A DNA stretch of 64,000 nucleotides from Somniosus microcephalus (taxonomy: Eukaryota), in assembly GCA_052327205.1 (NCBI GenBank), contig CM126230.1, positions 24,366,001 through 24,430,000 of the forward strand, written 5' to 3'. The notes beneath the pieces are model-generated. The model saw only the letters and a program-made list of their open reading frames with translations, was not told the origin of the DNA and did not search any database. Positions within the stretch are counted from its first letter, which is position 1. Every line of letters begins with the position of its first letter. Shown here in pieces: positions 61,800 through 64,000 of the stretch. A program made the translations under genes and the position numbers.

Positions 61800-64000
61800 C
61801 GAGGAACCAACTAGAGATCAGGCCATCTTAGACTGGGTATTATGTAACGAGAAAGGATTAATTAGCAATCTTGTTGTGCGAGGCCCCTTGGGTCGGAGCG
61901 ATCATAATATGATAGAATTCTTCATTAAGATGGAGAGTGAAGTAGTTGACTCAGAGACTAGGGTCCTGAAGTTAAATAAAGGAAACTACGATGATATGAG
62001 GCGCGAGTTGGGTAGGATTGATTGGGGAATGTCACTCAAAGGGTTGATGGTGGATAGGCAATGGCAAACATTCAAAGATTGCATGGATGAACTACAGAAT
62101 TTGTTCATCCCAGTTTGGCATAAAAATAAAACAAAAAAGGTGACTCAACCATGGCTAACAAGGGAAATTAGGGATAGCATAAGATCCAAGGAGAGGACAT
62201 ATAAATTGGCCAGAAAAAGCAGTAAACCTGAGGATTGGGAGCAGTTTAGGATTCAACAAAGGAGGACAAAGGGATTAATTAAGAGGGGGAAAATAGAGTA
62301 TGAGAGTAAGCTTTCAGGGAACATAAAAACTGACTGTAAAAGCTTTTATAGATATGTGAAGAGAAAAAGATTGGTGAAGTCAAGCGTAGGTCCCTTGCAG
62401 TCAGAATCAGGGGAATTGATAATGGGGAACAAAGAAATGACAGACCAATTAAATACATACTTTGGTTCTGTCTTCACAAAGAAGGACACAAATAACCTCC
62501 CAGAGATGTCGGGGAACATAGGGTCTGATGAAAGGGAGGGACTGATGAAATCAATATTTGTAGGGAAATGGTGTTAGTGAAATTGATGGGATTGAAGGCC
62601 GATAAATCCCCAGGGCCTGATAATCTACATCCTAGGGTACTTAAGGAAGTGGCCCTAGAAATAGTGGATGCATTGCTGGCCATCTTCCAAAATTCTATAG
62701 ACTCTGGAACTGTACCCATGGATTGGAGGGTAGCTAATGTTACCCCACTATTCAAAAAAGGTGGTCGAGAGAAAACAGGGAATTACAGACCGGTAAGCAT
62801 GACATCGGTAGTGGGGAAAATGCTAGAGTCGATTATAAAAGATGTAATAGCAGAGCACTTGGAAAACAGTGACAGGATCGGACAAAGTCAACATGGATTT
62901 ACAAAAGGTAAATTGTGCTTGACTAATCTACTGGAATTTTTTGAGTATGTAACTGGTAAAATAGATAAGGGAGGACCAGTGGATGTGGTGTATTTGGACT
63001 TTCAAAAGGCTTTCGATAAGGTCCTGCATAAGAGATTAGCGTGTAAAGTTAAGGCACATGGGATTGGGGGCAAGGTATTGACTTGGATAGAGAACTGGTT
63101 GGCAGACAGAAAGCCAAGAGTTGGAATAAACGGGTCTTTTTCTGAGTGGCAGGCAGTGACTAGTGGGGTACCGCAGGGATCGGTCCTTGGACCCCAGCTA
63201 TTCACAATATATATTAATGATCTAGACGAGGGAACTAGATGTAATATCTCGAAGTTTGCAGATGACACAAAGCTGGGTGGGCGTGTGTGCTGTGAGGAGG
63301 ATGCCGAGAAACTCCAGTATGATTTGGACAGGTTGGGTGATTGGGCAGAAGCATGGCAGATGCAATATAACGTGGATAAATGCGAGGTTATCCACTTTGG
63401 TGTCAAAAACAGGAAGGCAGATTATTATCTGAATGGCAATAGATTGGGAGAAGGGGAAGTGCAACGAGACCTGGGTGTCCTGGTGCACCAGTCGCTGAAG
63501 GTAAGCATGCAGGTGCAGCAGGCGGTTAAGAAGGCAAATGATATGTTGGCCTTCGCAGCGAGAGGGTTTGAGTACAGGAACAAGGATGTCTTGCTGCAGT
63601 TGTACAGGGCCTTGGTGAGACCACATCTTGAGTACTGTGTGCAGTTTTGGTCGCCTTATCTGAGGAAGGATGTTCTTGCCATGGAGGGAGTGCAGCGAAG
63701 ATTCACCAGGCTGATACCTGGGATGGCAGGAATGACATATGAGGAGAGATTGGGTCGATTGGGCTTATACTCGCTGGAGTTTAGAAGAATGAGAGGGGAT
63801 CTCATTGAAACTTATAAATTTCTAACAGGACTAGACAGACTAGATGCAGGAAGGATGTTCCCGATGGTCGGGGAGTCCAGAACCAGTGGTCACAGTCTAA
63901 GGATAAGGGGTAAGCCATTTAGGACAGAGATGAGGAGGAATTTCTTCACCCAGAGAGTGGTGAACCTGTGGAATTCTCTACCACAGAAGGCAGCAGAGGC
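61800..64000 (+). mobile_element. CR1 LINE ORF2 (endonuclease end plus RT), runs off the window
   Basis: LGRSDHNMI, PWLTREI, KSPGPD, NYRPVS, GVPQGSVLGP, FADD; frameshift ~62560. Confidence 0.96.

Overview
Vertebrate genomic DNA, most likely from a cartilaginous fish (shark), judged from the CR1/HER1-type LINE tails, DeuSINE (SacSINE1-like) copies and Penelope-type hairpins. I found no host protein-coding exon I can support; the window is intergenic or intronic and dominated by transposable elements. It holds three full-length Mag-type Gypsy LTR elements (two of them nested in opposite orientation), four solo LTRs, two Harbinger/PIF elements with a transposase and a spliced Myb/SANT gene plus related MITEs, a near full-length Tx1-clade LINE inserted into a SINE's tRNA head, many CR1/L2/RTE fragments, three SINE families, and Penelope-derived remnants with minimal hammerhead ribozyme motifs. 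The best leads are: (1) the nested Gypsy pair, where the inner element's LTRs are more diverged than the host's, suggesting the composite retrotransposed as one unit; (2) a possible tRNA/SINE-targeting Tx1 element; (3) a TSD-flanked 236-bp hairpin with two hammerhead motifs; (4) a Harbinger lacking its catalytic core but keeping its Myb gene, inserted inside the TSD of a young Gypsy. Coordinates and mismatch counts were read by hand; boundaries of old fragments are approximate.
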